In this document: positions 1 through 9,506 of the stretch, one piece after another
Layout of the letters: the number at the start of each line of letters is the position of its first letter
How positions within the stretch are numbered: position 1 is the stretch's first letter
DNA from: an uncultured Chloroflexia bacterium
GTDB taxonomy: Bacteria > Chloroflexota > Limnocylindria > Limnocylindrales > CSP1-4
DNA: 64,000 nt
NCBI GenBank assembly: GCA_963760735.1
Contig: CAVXEB010000004.1
Span: 1,592,329-1,656,328, forward strand
Direction: 5' to 3'
Notes under the pieces: generated by a model
What the model saw: only the letters and a program-made list of their open reading frames with translations
What the model was told of the DNA's origin: nothing
The model's database searches: none
Program-made: the position numbers and the translations under genes

Positions 1-143
1 GCCGCTCCGCCTGGCCGCAGGTCGATGGTCGCCGCGTTGCCGAACCAGGCGCCGAGGCCCTCGGCCGTGGTCAGCGCCGCCCACACCGTGGCCGGCGGAT
101 GGGCGATCTCGACGGTTCGCTCGATTCGATCGGGAAACCCCAT
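1..143 (-). CDS. SRPBCC / AHSA1-like (Activator of Hsp90 ATPase homolog) domain protein, N-terminal 47 aa only; gene runs off left edge
   Basis: The reverse-complement of 1-143 translates to MGFPDRIERTVEIAHPPATVWAALTTAEGLGAWFGN..., which matches the AHSA1/SRPBCC N-terminus. An AGGAGAG RBS lies 6 nt upstream of the ATG at 143. Confidence 0.5.
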   Translation of the reverse strand, partial: MGFPDRIERTVEIAHPPATVWAALTTAEGLGAWFGNAATIDLRPGGA

Positions 144-165
144 GACAACTCTCCTGGACTACGTG

Positions 166-210
166 GCAACCATTTGGTTGCTACTCAAGTTATAGCAACT
201 GATCGGTTGC
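166..210. promoter_or_regulatory. Two similar 16-bp inverted repeats (GCAACCATTTGGTTGC at 166-181; GCAACTGATCGGTTGC at 195-210) in the divergent corA / SRPBCC intergenic region; candidate operator pair
   Basis: Read directly from the sequence. The arms GCAAC(C)/(G)GTTGC are repeated with a 29-bp centre-to-centre spacing, in a locally AT-richer stretch. Confidence 0.3.
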
Positions 211-374
211 GTCAAGTGCGGCGCCGTGAGGATCACCGCCGCGGAACTCCGTGTGCCACAGTTGCCCGACACCGATGGTTCGGTCTCGCCTTGCTGGCGG
301 ACGGGCTCGTCGGTCCGGCCCGCAGCGGGGATAGACAGGCCCACGGATCGCGTGACCTTGGGAGGGAAGGTGAC

Positions 375-1526
375 ATGACGGAGCGCCGATCGCGCTTCCA
401 GCTCCCGACGCGACGCCCACGCCACCCCGCCCATCCGACGCACGAGCCGGCCCCCGAAGTGTCGATGGAGGCCCGCCCCGAGGATGTCGCGGCGCCGGTC
501 GAGCAGAGCCTCGTCGACACCGCCATCTACCGCGACGGGCACCGAGTCGACACGCCGGCGACCGTCGCGGAGACCGCGCGGCGTCTGCGGGCCCAACCCG
601 GGACGATGGGCTGGATCGGGCTGTTCCGGCCGGCCGAGGCGCAGCTGCTCCCGGTCGCCGAGGAGTTCGGGCTGCACGAGCTTGCCGTCGAGGACGCGAT
701 CGTCGCCCACCAGCGGCCCAAGCTCGAACGGTACGGCGACACGCTGTTCGTCGTGCTCCGGGCGGCCACCTATCTCGACGACGTCGAGGAGGTCGAGTTC
801 GGCGAGATCCACGTCTTCGTCGGGCCGAACTTCGTCCTGACCGTCCGGCACAGCCGGACGCCGGACCTCGGCGCCGTCCGCCATCGGATGGAGGACGACC
901 CGGAGCTCCTCGCCCGTGGCCCCGAGGCCGTCCTGTACGCGATCCTCGACAGCGTCGTCGACGGCTACGCGCCGGTCGTCGCCGGGCTCCAGAAGGACAT
1001 CGACGAGATCGAGGGCCAGGTGTTCCAGCGGCGACCCGAAGGTGTCACGACGGATCTACGAGCTGTCGCAGGAGGTGATCGAGTTCCAGCGGGCGACGCG
1101 GTCCGCTCCAGCGCCATGCTGGACGCGCTCGCCGCGGGCTTCGACAAGTACGGCACGGACGAGGAGCTGCAGCGCTACCTGCGTGACGTCGGCGACCATG
1201 CGACGACGGTCACCGAGCGGGTCGCCGCCTTCCGCCAGTCGCTCAGCGACATCCTGACCGTCAATGCGACCCTCGTGAACCAGGCCCAGAACGAGGAGAT
1301 CAAGCGGCTGACCGAGGCCAGCTTCGATCAGAACGAGGAGGTCAAGCGGGTCTCGGCATGGGCAGCGATCCTGTTCGCACCGACGCTCGTCGGGACGGTC
1401 TACGGCATGAACTTCGCCAACATGCCCGAGCTCGACTGGCAGTACGGCTACCTGTACGCGCTGGGCCTGATGCTGCTGACGAGCGTCACGCTGTGGTTGA
1501 TCTTCAGGGCCCGCGGCTGGCTGTGA
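375..1526 (+). CDS. corA: CorA-family Mg2+/Co2+ transporter
   Basis: The C-terminus has the YGMNF (GMN) signature and two TM helices. The ATG at 375 has a GGGAGGGAAGG RBS. The ORF track's 99 start adds an implausible 92-aa N-terminal extension. Confidence 0.8.
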   Translation: MTERRSRFQLPTRRPRHPAHPTHEPAPEVSMEARPEDVAAPVEQSLVDTAIYRDGHRVDTPATVAETARRLRAQPGTMGWIGLFRPAEAQLLPVAEEFGLHELAVEDAIVAHQRPKLERYGDTLFVVLRAATYLDDVEEVEFGEIHVFVGPNFVLTVRHSRTPDLGAVRHRMEDDPELLARGPEAVLYAILDSVVDGYAPVVAGLQKDIDEIEGQVFQRRPEGVTTDLRAVAGGDRVPAGDAVRSSAMLDALAAGFDKYGTDEELQRYLRDVGDHATTVTERVAAFRQSLSDILTVNATLVNQAQNEEIKRLTEASFDQNEEVKRVSAWAAILFAPTLVGTVYGMNFANMPELDWQYGYLYALGLMLLTSVTLWLIFRARGWL

Positions 1527-1550
1527 GCAGGAGTCGCTGCACGCCTGCGT

Positions 1551-2339
1551 CTACGGCAAGCTGCCCACCGTGGACGGATCCCCATCGACCTCCGGGCCGC
1601 GATTGGCAAGGTGCATCCGTCGTTCGGCGGCCACTGCCGCGGTCCTGACGTCCCCGTCCGTTGGGCTGGCCCAGCCGAGCGACAGCCGAATCGAGAGACC
1701 CACCGACTCGAGCCAGTCGTCGGTGACAGCCCGCACGCGCTTCACGTAGCCGGCAGCTTTCTCCTCATCCGTCTCGAGGAGCAGGACCCCGTATCGCGCA
1801 CCGGGGAACCACGCGATCCAGTCGGCCTTGCGACCCTGTGCCACGAGCAGACGGGCCGTCTCGCGGGCCACCCGGTCGGCCATGTCGGGGCCGAGCGCCG
1901 CGCCCAGGTCGTCGAGGTGCGGGAGCTCGGCCATGACCACGGTCACGGGCCGCCCGAAACGGGCGAGGCGTGCCGACTCCTCACGGATCGCCCGGGACCA
2001 CGTCGCAGGATCGGCGAGTCCGGCGCGCCAGTCCGGTGGGGTCGAGTCCTGCCGGCGCCCGGGCGTGATGACGTCGCCGGCGCCGGGCGCGACGACCCCT
2101 TCCTCCTCGTCGCTCACGCTCGACGCCGCCGCAGCGTGAGGAACGGGACCGGGCGAGTCGGGCAATACACCGGCGACGAAGGCCTCGACGTCGGCGGCGG
2201 CGATGGGCACATCTTCAGTGGCGGCCACCGGCCTCGATCGGCTCCGGCGACGAGCCCGGAGCGCGGCCCAGATCGCGACTCCAACGTCCACGACGATGAG
2301 GCCGGCCAGGATCGCGAGGAGGACCTGGTCCTGCGTCAC
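1551..2339 (-). CDS. Membrane-anchored protein with a degenerate (inactive) GGDEF-like domain
   Basis: It has an N-terminal TM helix (LLAILAGLIVVDVGVAIWAAL) and an acidic linker. The domain (RFGRPVTVVMAELPHLDDL ... ARYGVLLLETDEEKAAGYVKRVR ... LSLGWASPTDGD ... AERRMHLAN) follows the GGDEF fold pattern but lacks the GGDEF/GGEEF motif. The GTG start at 2339 lies 4 nt after the parA stop, so the 2450 start would overlap parA by about 107 nt. Confidence 0.5.
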   Translation of the reverse strand: MTQDQVLLAILAGLIVVDVGVAIWAALRARRRSRSRPVAATEDVPIAAADVEAFVAGVLPDSPGPVPHAAAASSVSDEEEGVVAPGAGDVITPGRRQDSTPPDWRAGLADPATWSRAIREESARLARFGRPVTVVMAELPHLDDLGAALGPDMADRVARETARLLVAQGRKADWIAWFPGARYGVLLLETDEEKAAGYVKRVRAVTDDWLESVGLSIRLSLGWASPTDGDVRTAAVAAERRMHLANRGPEVDGDPSTVGSLP

Positions 2340-2343
2340 CAGG

Positions 2344-3183
2344 TCAGCCCGCTCGATGGATCGCCGCGGCCACGTTCGTTGAACGCGCGAACAACCGGCG
2401 CCAGCGTGACTGCGGGCGCCGGACGGGCTCCGAGAGATCCGCGCGCGCAATCAGCTCGTCGGCGAGCATCCGATAGTCGAGGGACGCACCGCTCTCGGGG
2501 GCATAGGCCGTGATCGGAAGACGGGCGGCTTCGGCCTCGGCGAGACGGATGCTCTCCCGGATGGTCGTTCGGGCCACGCGCCACCCGTAGATGCGTTCCA
2601 GCTCGTTGACGACCCCTCTCGCATGGAGTGTCCGGTTCATTCGACAGGCCAAAATCAGCGGACTCCGGAGGCCCGGATTGAAGGTGGACTGGATGCGCCC
2701 CATCTCGCGGACGACAGCCGCGACGCCGGGCAACGCGATCGCATGAGCCTCGACCGGGATGACCACCTCCTGGACGGCCATCAGGGCACCGACGGAGAGA
2801 TACGAGAGGGACGGCGGGCAATCGACGATCACGTACGCCCAGTCCGGGCTCAATCGTCGAACGGCTCGCACGACCCGCAGGCTGACCTCGCCCTTCTGGG
2901 TCTGCTCGGCCTCGAGCAGCCCGGCCGAGGAGCGCACGATCGCCAGCCCCGGGACGGCCGTCCGCTGGGCGTTGGCCACACCGTCGGGTGACGCGATGAG
3001 ATCGCGATGGTCACGGGCACCGGCGAGCCAGACGGACGCACTGCCCTGCGGATCGAGATCGATGAGCAGCGTCGGGAAGCCCCGCTCAGCGAGAATCGCG
3101 GCCAGACTGACCGCGGTCGTGGTCTTGCCGCTTCCCCCCTTGCGATTGACCACGGCGATGGTCCGCACGGTGATGCCCCACAC
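2344..3183 (-). CDS. ParA/Soj/MinD-family P-loop ATPase; no parB partner in the window
   Basis: Deviant Walker A motif [18 protein letters not shown] near the N-terminus, 279 aa, typical ParA architecture. Confidence 0.85.
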   Translation of the reverse strand: MWGITVRTIAVVNRKGGSGKTTTAVSLAAILAERGFPTLLIDLDPQGSASVWLAGARDHRDLIASPDGVANAQRTAVPGLAIVRSSAGLLEAEQTQKGEVSLRVVRAVRRLSPDWAYVIVDCPPSLSYLSVGALMAVQEVVIPVEAHAIALPGVAAVVREMGRIQSTFNPGLRSPLILACRMNRTLHARGVVNELERIYGWRVARTTIRESIRLAEAEAARLPITAYAPESGASLDYRMLADELIARADLSEPVRRPQSRWRRLFARSTNVAAAIHRAG

Positions 3184-3600
3184 GATCGTGGCGGCGGGAG
3201 CAAATGGCAGTCCCGGCCACCGGGGCCGCAGGGTACATCAGCCGTCGGCGGGTACGGAAGTCCCAGCCGGACGATGGGAACGATGTCCGGTGCAGGCGGT
3301 CGACGCGCATCACGCGCGCTCGACTGAACCATCCGCCGTTCGAGCGTCGGATTGGGCGAGTCACCCGGTCCGCCGCGCGACAGGGCGGTCTACGGAATCT
3401 TGGTGATGACCGACGCCTCGGTCGACCCCGAGGCTGGCATGTCGCCCCTGCATGGCGAACCAAGGGTCCAAATCCGACAACGAACTCGGTTCGACACGAC
3501 CCAACCATCATGCTGTCGGCGGCGTCTGGACTCCCGACAGAAGCGATCGACGGCGACACCGCGACGAGCGGGCGCCAGGATCGACGGCCAGAGGGACGAC

Positions 3601-4194
3601 GTGGATGCGGTGACGACGGCGACGAACGCAGCGACGTCGGTCGACGACGCGCTCGTTCGGCGCGCTCGCTCCGGCGACGCCGCCGCGTTCGAGGTGCTGG
3701 TCGATACGCGGATCGATCGCTGCTACCGGCTTGCCTGGTCGATCCTGTCCAACGACGCGGACGCGGCCGATGCGACGCAGGACGCGCTCGTCGCGGCCTG
3801 GCGCCAGCTTCCGCGCCTCCGCGATTCGGCGTCCTTCGATGGCTGGCTCAACCGGATCGTTGCGAACACCGCCGTGTCGGCGCGCCGGCATCGGGTGCGG
3901 CTCCGCGAGGTGTCGGTCCGACCGGCCGACCCGAGCGCGGAGAGCTCTCCTCCTGAGTCTCCGCAGAACCTCCATGGCCGAACGCAGATGGACGAGATGG
4001 TCGACAACGACGCGATCGGACGTGCCTTCGACCGCCTGCGGCCGAAGGACCGGATGATTCTCGTCCTCCACCACGTCGAGGAGCGGCCCGTGGCCGAGAT
4101 CGCGCGGTCGCTCGGCATCCCGCTCGGAACGGCCAAATGGCGCCTGCATGCCGCTCGCAACGCGCTCGAGAAGGCGATGGAGGCCGAGGCATGA
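3601..4194 (+). CDS. ECF (sigma-70 family, group 4) RNA polymerase sigma factor
   Basis: Region 2 (ALVRRARSGDAAAFEVL ... DATQDALVAAWRQLPRL) and region 4 HTH (ILVLHHVEERPVAEIARSLGIPLGTAKWRLHAARN) are present. The GTG 3601 start is chosen to give a normal approximately 197-aa ECF. In-frame ATG 3439 and ATG 3352 are alternatives. Confidence 0.75.
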   Translation: MDAVTTATNAATSVDDALVRRARSGDAAAFEVLVDTRIDRCYRLAWSILSNDADAADATQDALVAAWRQLPRLRDSASFDGWLNRIVANTAVSARRHRVRLREVSVRPADPSAESSPPESPQNLHGRTQMDEMVDNDAIGRAFDRLRPKDRMILVLHHVEERPVAEIARSLGIPLGTAKWRLHAARNALEKAMEAEA

Positions 4195-5339
4195 ACGCTC
4201 CGCGCTTGACCGACGCCCAGATCGCCCAGGCACTGCGTGTCCATGTTCCGGAGCGCGCAGGGGCCGGCTTGCGCGAACGGACGCTCCGGGCAGCCGGGGC
4301 CACCGCCCAGCAGCGGGCGCTGCCCTCGTTCCTCGGCGCTCTCAGCGAAGCGGACCCGGTCGTGCGGCGGCGAGGCCTCCTCATCGCCGCGGCCCTCCTG
4401 GTTGCGGTGGCATTCGCGGGTGCCGCGGCGGTCGGGGCGTTGCGCCTCCTCCAGCCGGACCCCATCCGCGACCTGAGCGTCCTCACGCCTGAGCACGTCG
4501 AGGACCTCGGCCTCGAGCCGCCGACGGACGTCCAGGCGTTCGTCCTGTCCAGCTACGATCGGATGCCGAAGCTGCCGCCGGTCGCCATGACGTGGCGAGC
4601 CCATGGCTCGGCCAAGGGCCGCATCTATGTCGATCGCTCGGGGGCGGTTCGCTTCGAGCGGTTCGCGTCGGCCGATGCGACGGAGCCCGACACGTACCGG
4701 ATCCTCCGCGGCGACAGCATTGGATCGCTGGAGACCGTCGGGTCCGAGAAGGTCTGGGTCGCGCGGCACGAGGCCATCGGCGAGGACCCGCGGGTGTTCA
4801 TCCTCGCCGAGATCGAAACCGCCCCGATCCATTTCGACGGGCCGGGCTGCGATCTGACTCGGAACGCGGACGAAGCGGGCAACGGGACCGCGGCGACGGG
4901 TTGGCGGTACGTCGGCGTCGAGTCCGTCGCGGGCCGCGCCGCCCACCGCGTCACGTGCGGCGGCGGCGACCTCTGGCTCGATAGCGAGACCCGGCTGATC
5001 CTTCGCGCCCGGACGCCGCTCCTCGACGACGCCGACCAGCCGATCCCGGGTGAGTTCCAGACATTCGAGATCACCGAGATCGCGTTCGGCGAGCAGCCGG
5101 CGGCGCTCTTCGACCTGGCAGCACCCGCAGGCGTCACCGCGGTTCCGATCGAGGACCTGGAGGCGTACCGATGTGCGCGCGATCCGCTCTGTGCTGCCCT
5201 GCCGCCCAGCGAGCGTCCCCATCCCGATACCGGTGTACCGGGGAACGACCCGCCGCCTGAGTCCAGCCCAGATCCGGGCGCGCCAACCGAACAGTCGGAT
5301 TTCGGTGCTCCGGGCAACGGCCCATCGGCAAACCCATGA
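4191..5339 (+). CDS. Putative anti-sigma factor: single-pass membrane protein with an extracytoplasmic beta-rich domain and a Pro-rich tail
   Basis: ATGA overlap with the sigma stop. The N-terminal cytoplasmic segment is followed by one TM helix (LLIAAALLVAVAFAGAAAV) and an extracytoplasmic domain. The gene position is typical of ECF cognate anti-sigmas. Confidence 0.55.
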   Translation: MNAPRLTDAQIAQALRVHVPERAGAGLRERTLRAAGATAQQRALPSFLGALSEADPVVRRRGLLIAAALLVAVAFAGAAAVGALRLLQPDPIRDLSVLTPEHVEDLGLEPPTDVQAFVLSSYDRMPKLPPVAMTWRAHGSAKGRIYVDRSGAVRFERFASADATEPDTYRILRGDSIGSLETVGSEKVWVARHEAIGEDPRVFILAEIETAPIHFDGPGCDLTRNADEAGNGTAATGWRYVGVESVAGRAAHRVTCGGGDLWLDSETRLILRARTPLLDDADQPIPGEFQTFEITEIAFGEQPAALFDLAAPAGVTAVPIEDLEAYRCARDPLCAALPPSERPHPDTGVPGNDPPPESSPDPGAPTEQSDFGAPGNGPSANP

Positions 5340-6661
5340 TCGCCGCAACCAGAGGTGGGGACATGAACCGCCCGTTCAGACGATCTGCGTCGCCGATGGC
5401 AGCGGTGGTCGCGGTCGCTGCGATCCTGACAACCGCCTGCACTGGCGGGGCGGGCGTGGCCAGCGCGACCCCCGCAGCGACGCCTGGACCTACGGCTTCG
5501 CCGGCCCCGAGCGTGACCGCGCCTTCGGCCGCTCCGTCAACCAGCCCGAGCCCGGCGGCGACCCCGCTGATCTGGACCAAGGCGAGCCTGAAGGAGGATT
5601 GGCCGGCCCCGGTCCGCACCGAGCCCACCGGCCCCGCAACCATCGTGCCGATCAGCGACAGGTACCAGGATCCCACGAGCGACACCGAGTCCGGTGCGTT
5701 CCCTTGGACCGACATCCACGTGATCGGGTTCGGGCACAACAACGCCGTCGTGGTCTACGTCCCCGGGGCGCCCAACGTGGATCCGACCGAGCAGTGGATC
5801 GCCTACGGGGTCGTCGTGGATGACGACGGCGACGGCGTCGCGGACCGTCGATTCGGGATGGACAACATCCCAGGGCCCGCGGCGGAATTGCCACACCGGG
5901 CGTGGATCACCGACCTCCACACCGGTCGGACGGAGTCGTCGGTCCTGAACTCGCTTGACTACTTCGAGTCCCCGCAGGGGATCGTCAAGACGCCGATGGT
6001 CGGCGACACCTTCTTCGGCGCCTCCTTTCCGGCCAGGCAGACGGAGACCGACAAGGGCCCGTCCTGCTCACCGGCCCGTCACGCGGGCCCAAGCCATCCT
6101 TACGGCAACCCGCCGCCCTGGATGCGTGGGTTGGCCCCGGGAGAGCTCGAGTTCGGCGGGGGCGGAGACGTTGCCGGGAGCGCCGTTCAGAAGCAGAAGC
6201 CCGACACCAGGCCTGCCCGCTTCTACGCATGGGCATCGGTGATCGTCGATGGCCGGGTCATGGCCACCGATTTCGCCCCGGATGCGGGATGGCTGCATCC
6301 TTCGCCGAAGGCTCAACCGATCGAGGACGAGGTCGCCGTCGCTCCGCCAATCGACTCGCTCGACGAAGCCGTTGCCGCCGTTGGAGTGGTCGAGCCAGGC
6401 TTGACCGGCTTCCTGGCGACCGACACCAAGGTCCCCGGCGTGTCGGCCTGGATCGAGGCCGAGGCACGGGGCGGGGGCTGGGACATCACCTACGTGTGTG
6501 GTGACTCTCCGGACGGCGGCGCCAGCCACGTGGCAGCCGAGATCCACGTCCGCCGGAACGGGACCGTCGACGAGATCTGCGTCTGGCATGATCCGAGCGG
6601 GAACGACTACGCAGCTCCGGGGTACAGCCCGCCTGAAACCGAGGAGGCCGGCGCCTGTTGA
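5336..6661 (+). CDS. Secreted lipoprotein, function unknown
   Basis: ATGA overlap with the upstream gene. The signal peptide has a lipobox (AAILTTAC) and the mature protein is Asp/Gly-rich. The internal ATG at 5363 (MNRPF) is an alternative start. Confidence 0.5.
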   Translation: MIAATRGGDMNRPFRRSASPMAAVVAVAAILTTACTGGAGVASATPAATPGPTASPAPSVTAPSAAPSTSPSPAATPLIWTKASLKEDWPAPVRTEPTGPATIVPISDRYQDPTSDTESGAFPWTDIHVIGFGHNNAVVVYVPGAPNVDPTEQWIAYGVVVDDDGDGVADRRFGMDNIPGPAAELPHRAWITDLHTGRTESSVLNSLDYFESPQGIVKTPMVGDTFFGASFPARQTETDKGPSCSPARHAGPSHPYGNPPPWMRGLAPGELEFGGGGDVAGSAVQKQKPDTRPARFYAWASVIVDGRVMATDFAPDAGWLHPSPKAQPIEDEVAVAPPIDSLDEAVAAVGVVEPGLTGFLATDTKVPGVSAWIEAEARGGGWDITYVCGDSPDGGASHVAAEIHVRRNGTVDEICVWHDPSGNDYAAPGYSPPETEEAGAC

Positions 6662-6951
6662 GCGGCGTGCGACGGAAGTCGCCGAGCCGGGATCGATTCT
6701 GCGATGGGCGTGAGAATGGCTGCGCTCGCGATGGGAGCGACGAGGTCCAGCCCACCAATTGACATCATCGCGGGCTGGACGTGTTCCGGATGGTGCCGGA
6801 GATCGGCGTCGCGCTGCTCTGCCTGTCGATCGTGCCGATCACCGTTGGGATGCTGAAGCTCGAGGACCGAGTCAAACCACGATCTCGCGGAGTACCCCGG
6901 ATGGCGCCGTAGGTCCTCGGCCTTCCCGCCAGGCCCCGACGGCATCCGCGC

Positions 6952-7584
6952 TCAGGATTGCGCGACCGGCTGACGGATGATCGTCCGAAGCTTCTCGGGG
7001 GCACTCCGCCGCGGATCGCCGAGGTAGAGCTCGTGGTGCTTCTCCCGGCGGCCGTCGAACGTGTAGCCGAGCTCATGGATGAAGGCGTGCAGCCGCTCGA
7101 TCGTCGGGCCTTCGTCGCTGTACGGGCCGAGATACATGATCTGCGCCGCAAGCTCTTCCTCGAAGCCCGCCAGGCGTGCTCGGTCGACCGCCGCAAGCCC
7201 CTTCTTGCGGCGGACCTCGCCGCGGGCCCACTCGAAGCGGTCGAGGGTGACGACATCGGGTTGGGAGATCATCGCGGTCCAGTGCCAATTGGCTTTCCGC
7301 CCGGTAGCGAACTCGGCCATGTCGTCGGCCCACCACAGGCCCTCCAATGGCCCGACGCGGTAGGTGAGCCCGATCTCCTTCTTGATGGCGAACCCGAGGG
7401 TGTACGACAGGCCGAACAGCGCCTGGATCGCGCCCCGGTACTCGGTTGACGTGTTGGGGTCGCCCTCGCCGTCGATCTGGATGAACGTCAGCCTCGGCAC
7501 GCGCACCAGCTCAGGCGCCCGAGCCGCTTCGTACAGGCGGTCGATTGGGAGCTCGCGAACGGGAACCGCAGGAGCGGTCGTCAC
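6952..7584 (-). CDS. GyrI-like small-molecule-binding domain protein (AraC effector-binding / YdeE-like)
   Basis: Sequence pattern of GyrI-like domains, including ...RLTFIQIDGEGDP ... GPLEGLWW ... ISQPDVV ... YLGPYSDEGPT..., 210 aa. Confidence 0.65.
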   Translation of the reverse strand: MTTAPAVPVRELPIDRLYEAARAPELVRVPRLTFIQIDGEGDPNTSTEYRGAIQALFGLSYTLGFAIKKEIGLTYRVGPLEGLWWADDMAEFATGRKANWHWTAMISQPDVVTLDRFEWARGEVRRKKGLAAVDRARLAGFEEELAAQIMYLGPYSDEGPTIERLHAFIHELGYTFDGRREKHHELYLGDPRRSAPEKLRTIIRQPVAQS

Positions 7585-7641
7585 GGCACAACCACCTGCT
7601 TCATCTCCCCTCGCCTGACCATGCGTTCGACTTGATCGTAG

Positions 7642-8160
7642 TCAACGTGGGGCGAGCCTGGCCCCGCGGACGGCCAGGTATCCGAGCGCGACGAGGAGCG
7701 GGAGCTGGATGACCCGCAGCGTGATGCCCCACGTCTCGAACGGCGGCGTTCGGGTTGTAGAGACGTCCACGTACGCCCAGTAGACGAACACCTGGAAGAT
7801 CAGGCCCGCGACCCAGACCCAGCGTCGGTCGACGCCCACGAGCAGCACCGCGCCGAGCAGGAACGCGCCACCGGCCAGGGCCCCGAAGACCCACAGGAAG
7901 TCCCGGTCGCTGTCTGTCCCGCCGACGTTCAGCACGCCGAGGCCGATCAGGAAGTAGATGGCGGCCATGATCGCTGCCACGGCAGCCGCACCGTATCGGA
8001 TCGTCCGGCGAGATATACCCACGACGTCGGTCCTCCTTCGATTGGAGGTTGCCCGTGTCTCGGGTCTGGCACCAGTGCCGAACCGACCGTTCCTGCCGGT
8101 CCGTGTCGCTCCGAACACGCTGATCGCCGGCGCTCGATCGGTCATCTCAGGGCACAGCAT
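7642..8160 (-). CDS. Integral membrane protein (about 4 TM), function unknown; true start probably internal
   Basis: Hydrophobic helices AAVAAIMAAIYFLIGLGVL, WVFGALAGGAFLLGAVLLV, WVWVAGLIFQVFVYWAY and LPLLVALGYLAV. Confidence 0.35.
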   Translation of the reverse strand: MLCPEMTDRAPAISVFGATRTGRNGRFGTGARPETRATSNRRRTDVVGISRRTIRYGAAAVAAIMAAIYFLIGLGVLNVGGTDSDRDFLWVFGALAGGAFLLGAVLLVGVDRRWVWVAGLIFQVFVYWAYVDVSTTRTPPFETWGITLRVIQLPLLVALGYLAVRGARLAPR

Positions 8161-8385
8161 GACTGTTGTCGAGGGATGTCAGCCCAGGATCGCCGCTACG
8201 GCGCGATGAGTCTCCGACATGACCCAGGCACTCGAGTCTCGGCGTTTCCCGCGTCGCGGAAGACGTGCCGGCCTTTGTCCGCGCGACCGCTGACGAGCCA
8301 GCGGGTGGCCCCGACGGACGCCTTGGCCTGGCCTGGGTGATCGACAGCGCCCGTTCGGCCCTCCTTGAGCCGGTCTACCTTCAGC

Positions 8386-8793
8386 TCACGGGAGGATCCG
8401 GAAACGTCCGCCACTGAGCGGTCGCAGGACGTCGAAGTGCCGGCGATCGAGGGTCACGATGGTTCGCGTTCGGTAACGCTCGGCCAGGATCACGTTCGAA
8501 GCGTCCGCGACGCCGACGTTCTGGTCTGCATACCGCTCGATGACGGCGCAAGCCTGAACGAGCCCCTCGACATCGATCGCGGGTAGGTCCCATGCACCGC
8601 CGGTCAGCTCCCGCAGAACCGCCATCTCGGCCGAGACGCCGAGCCGAGACGCCACGAGGTAGTCGAGTTCGGCGACCACGTAGGGCGAAACCACGAGGGG
8701 CTCCGTCGCCCCGCCGAGAATGGCGGAAACCGTGTCGTGATCGGGCTCGTCGGTGTCGAAGAATGCGAGCAGCGCGCCGGTGTCGACGATCAC
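8386..8793 (-). CDS. vapC: PIN-domain ribonuclease toxin VapC
   Basis: MIVDTGALLAFFDTDEPDHD ... VVSPYVVAELDYL ... TIVTLDRRHF, with conserved acidic PIN residues; 4-nt overlap with the upstream antitoxin. Confidence 0.85.
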   Translation of the reverse strand: MIVDTGALLAFFDTDEPDHDTVSAILGGATEPLVVSPYVVAELDYLVASRLGVSAEMAVLRELTGGAWDLPAIDVEGLVQACAVIERYADQNVGVADASNVILAERYRTRTIVTLDRRHFDVLRPLSGGRFRILP

Positions 8794-9038
8794 CGCTCGC
8801 CGAACCCGCGCAGATGTTCGTCGGCCTCGCGCGCGATCGGAGCGCGGCTGGCGAACAGGCCACCGCGCGGGCGCGGTCGATCATTGCCGACCGCTTCGCG
8901 GATCGAGTCGCGAATGACCTCGGCCTCGGACACTCCCCGCTGCCGGGCAACGCGCTTGATCGCCGACTTGAGCTCCGTCGGCAAATAGATGGTCGTCTTG
9001 TCCACGCACGTATGGTACCACCGCTGGCGCTGGGCCAA
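8790..9038 (-). CDS. vapB: Ribbon-helix-helix (CopG-like) antitoxin VapB
   Basis: 82 aa. TIYLPTELKSAIKRVARQRGVSEAEVIRDSIRE forms an RHH. The gene overlaps vapC by 4 nt. Confidence 0.75.
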   Translation of the reverse strand: MAQRQRWYHTCVDKTTIYLPTELKSAIKRVARQRGVSEAEVIRDSIREAVGNDRPRPRGGLFASRAPIAREADEHLRGFGER

Positions 9039-9078
9039 CGTGGGCGATCGACTGTGTAGTGTGTTGCCTTGATCTGGT

Positions 9079-9125
9079 TGCGCTTCTGGGATCGACGCTG
9101 CGGGCCGCTCGCCTCCAATCCGACC
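9079..9125. repeat. About 45-nt repeat GGGATCGACGCTGCGGGCCGCT(C/A)GC(C/G)TCC(A/G)A(T/G)CCGACCCT(C/G)A, copy 1 (second copy at 15048-15094)
   Basis: Near-identical sequence found twice in the window, both in intergenic regions flanking the Kelch anti-sigma island. Confidence 0.6.
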
Positions 9126-9158
9126 CTCAGCACCCGAATCCTCAATAGGTCGGTCGGG

Positions 9159-9506
9159 TTACAGGCCCAGATGCAGGCGTAGGGCCTCATCGATGTCGAG
9201 CATGATTGCGTTCGGGACGACGCCCAGCCGGTCACCAACCCGCTCGACGGCAATCGAGCGGATCTGTTCAGCCTGCGCCTTGGAGTCGCGGTCGAGCCCC
9301 GCCTCGGTGGCTGGAAGCAGGACCTGGAACGGATAGACGCGCTCGACGTTCGATGTCACGGGAACCACCGTGATCACGCCGCGACCCAGTCGCCCCGCCG
9401 TCGCGTTGGCCGCGTCGTTGCTGACGATGACCGCTGGCCGGCGCTTGTTCGCCTCGGATCCGCGGGCAGGATCGAGATCGACGGAATGGATGTCGCCGCG
9501 CCGCAT
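9159..9506 (-). CDS. mazF: MazF/PemK-family endoribonuclease toxin
   Basis: MRRGDIHSVDLDPARGSEANKRRPAVIVSNDAAN ... VVPVTS is the classic MazF/PemK N-terminus. The ATG at 9506 overlaps the antitoxin stop (TGATG). Confidence 0.8.
   Translation of the reverse strand: MRRGDIHSVDLDPARGSEANKRRPAVIVSNDAANATAGRLGRGVITVVPVTSNVERVYPFQVLLPATEAGLDRDSKAQAEQIRSIAVERVGDRLGVVPNAIMLDIDEALRLHLGL

Noticed and set aside
130-375. An M-box (Mg2+) riboswitch upstream of corA
   Set aside because: The 230-nt leader is long enough, but I cannot recognise the conserved M-box core helices from the sequence alone. Only the two DNA dyads are reported.
8196-8414. 72-aa ORF on the minus strand overlapping the 3' end of vapC
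   Set aside because: It overlaps the vapC 3' end and no domain is recognisable.
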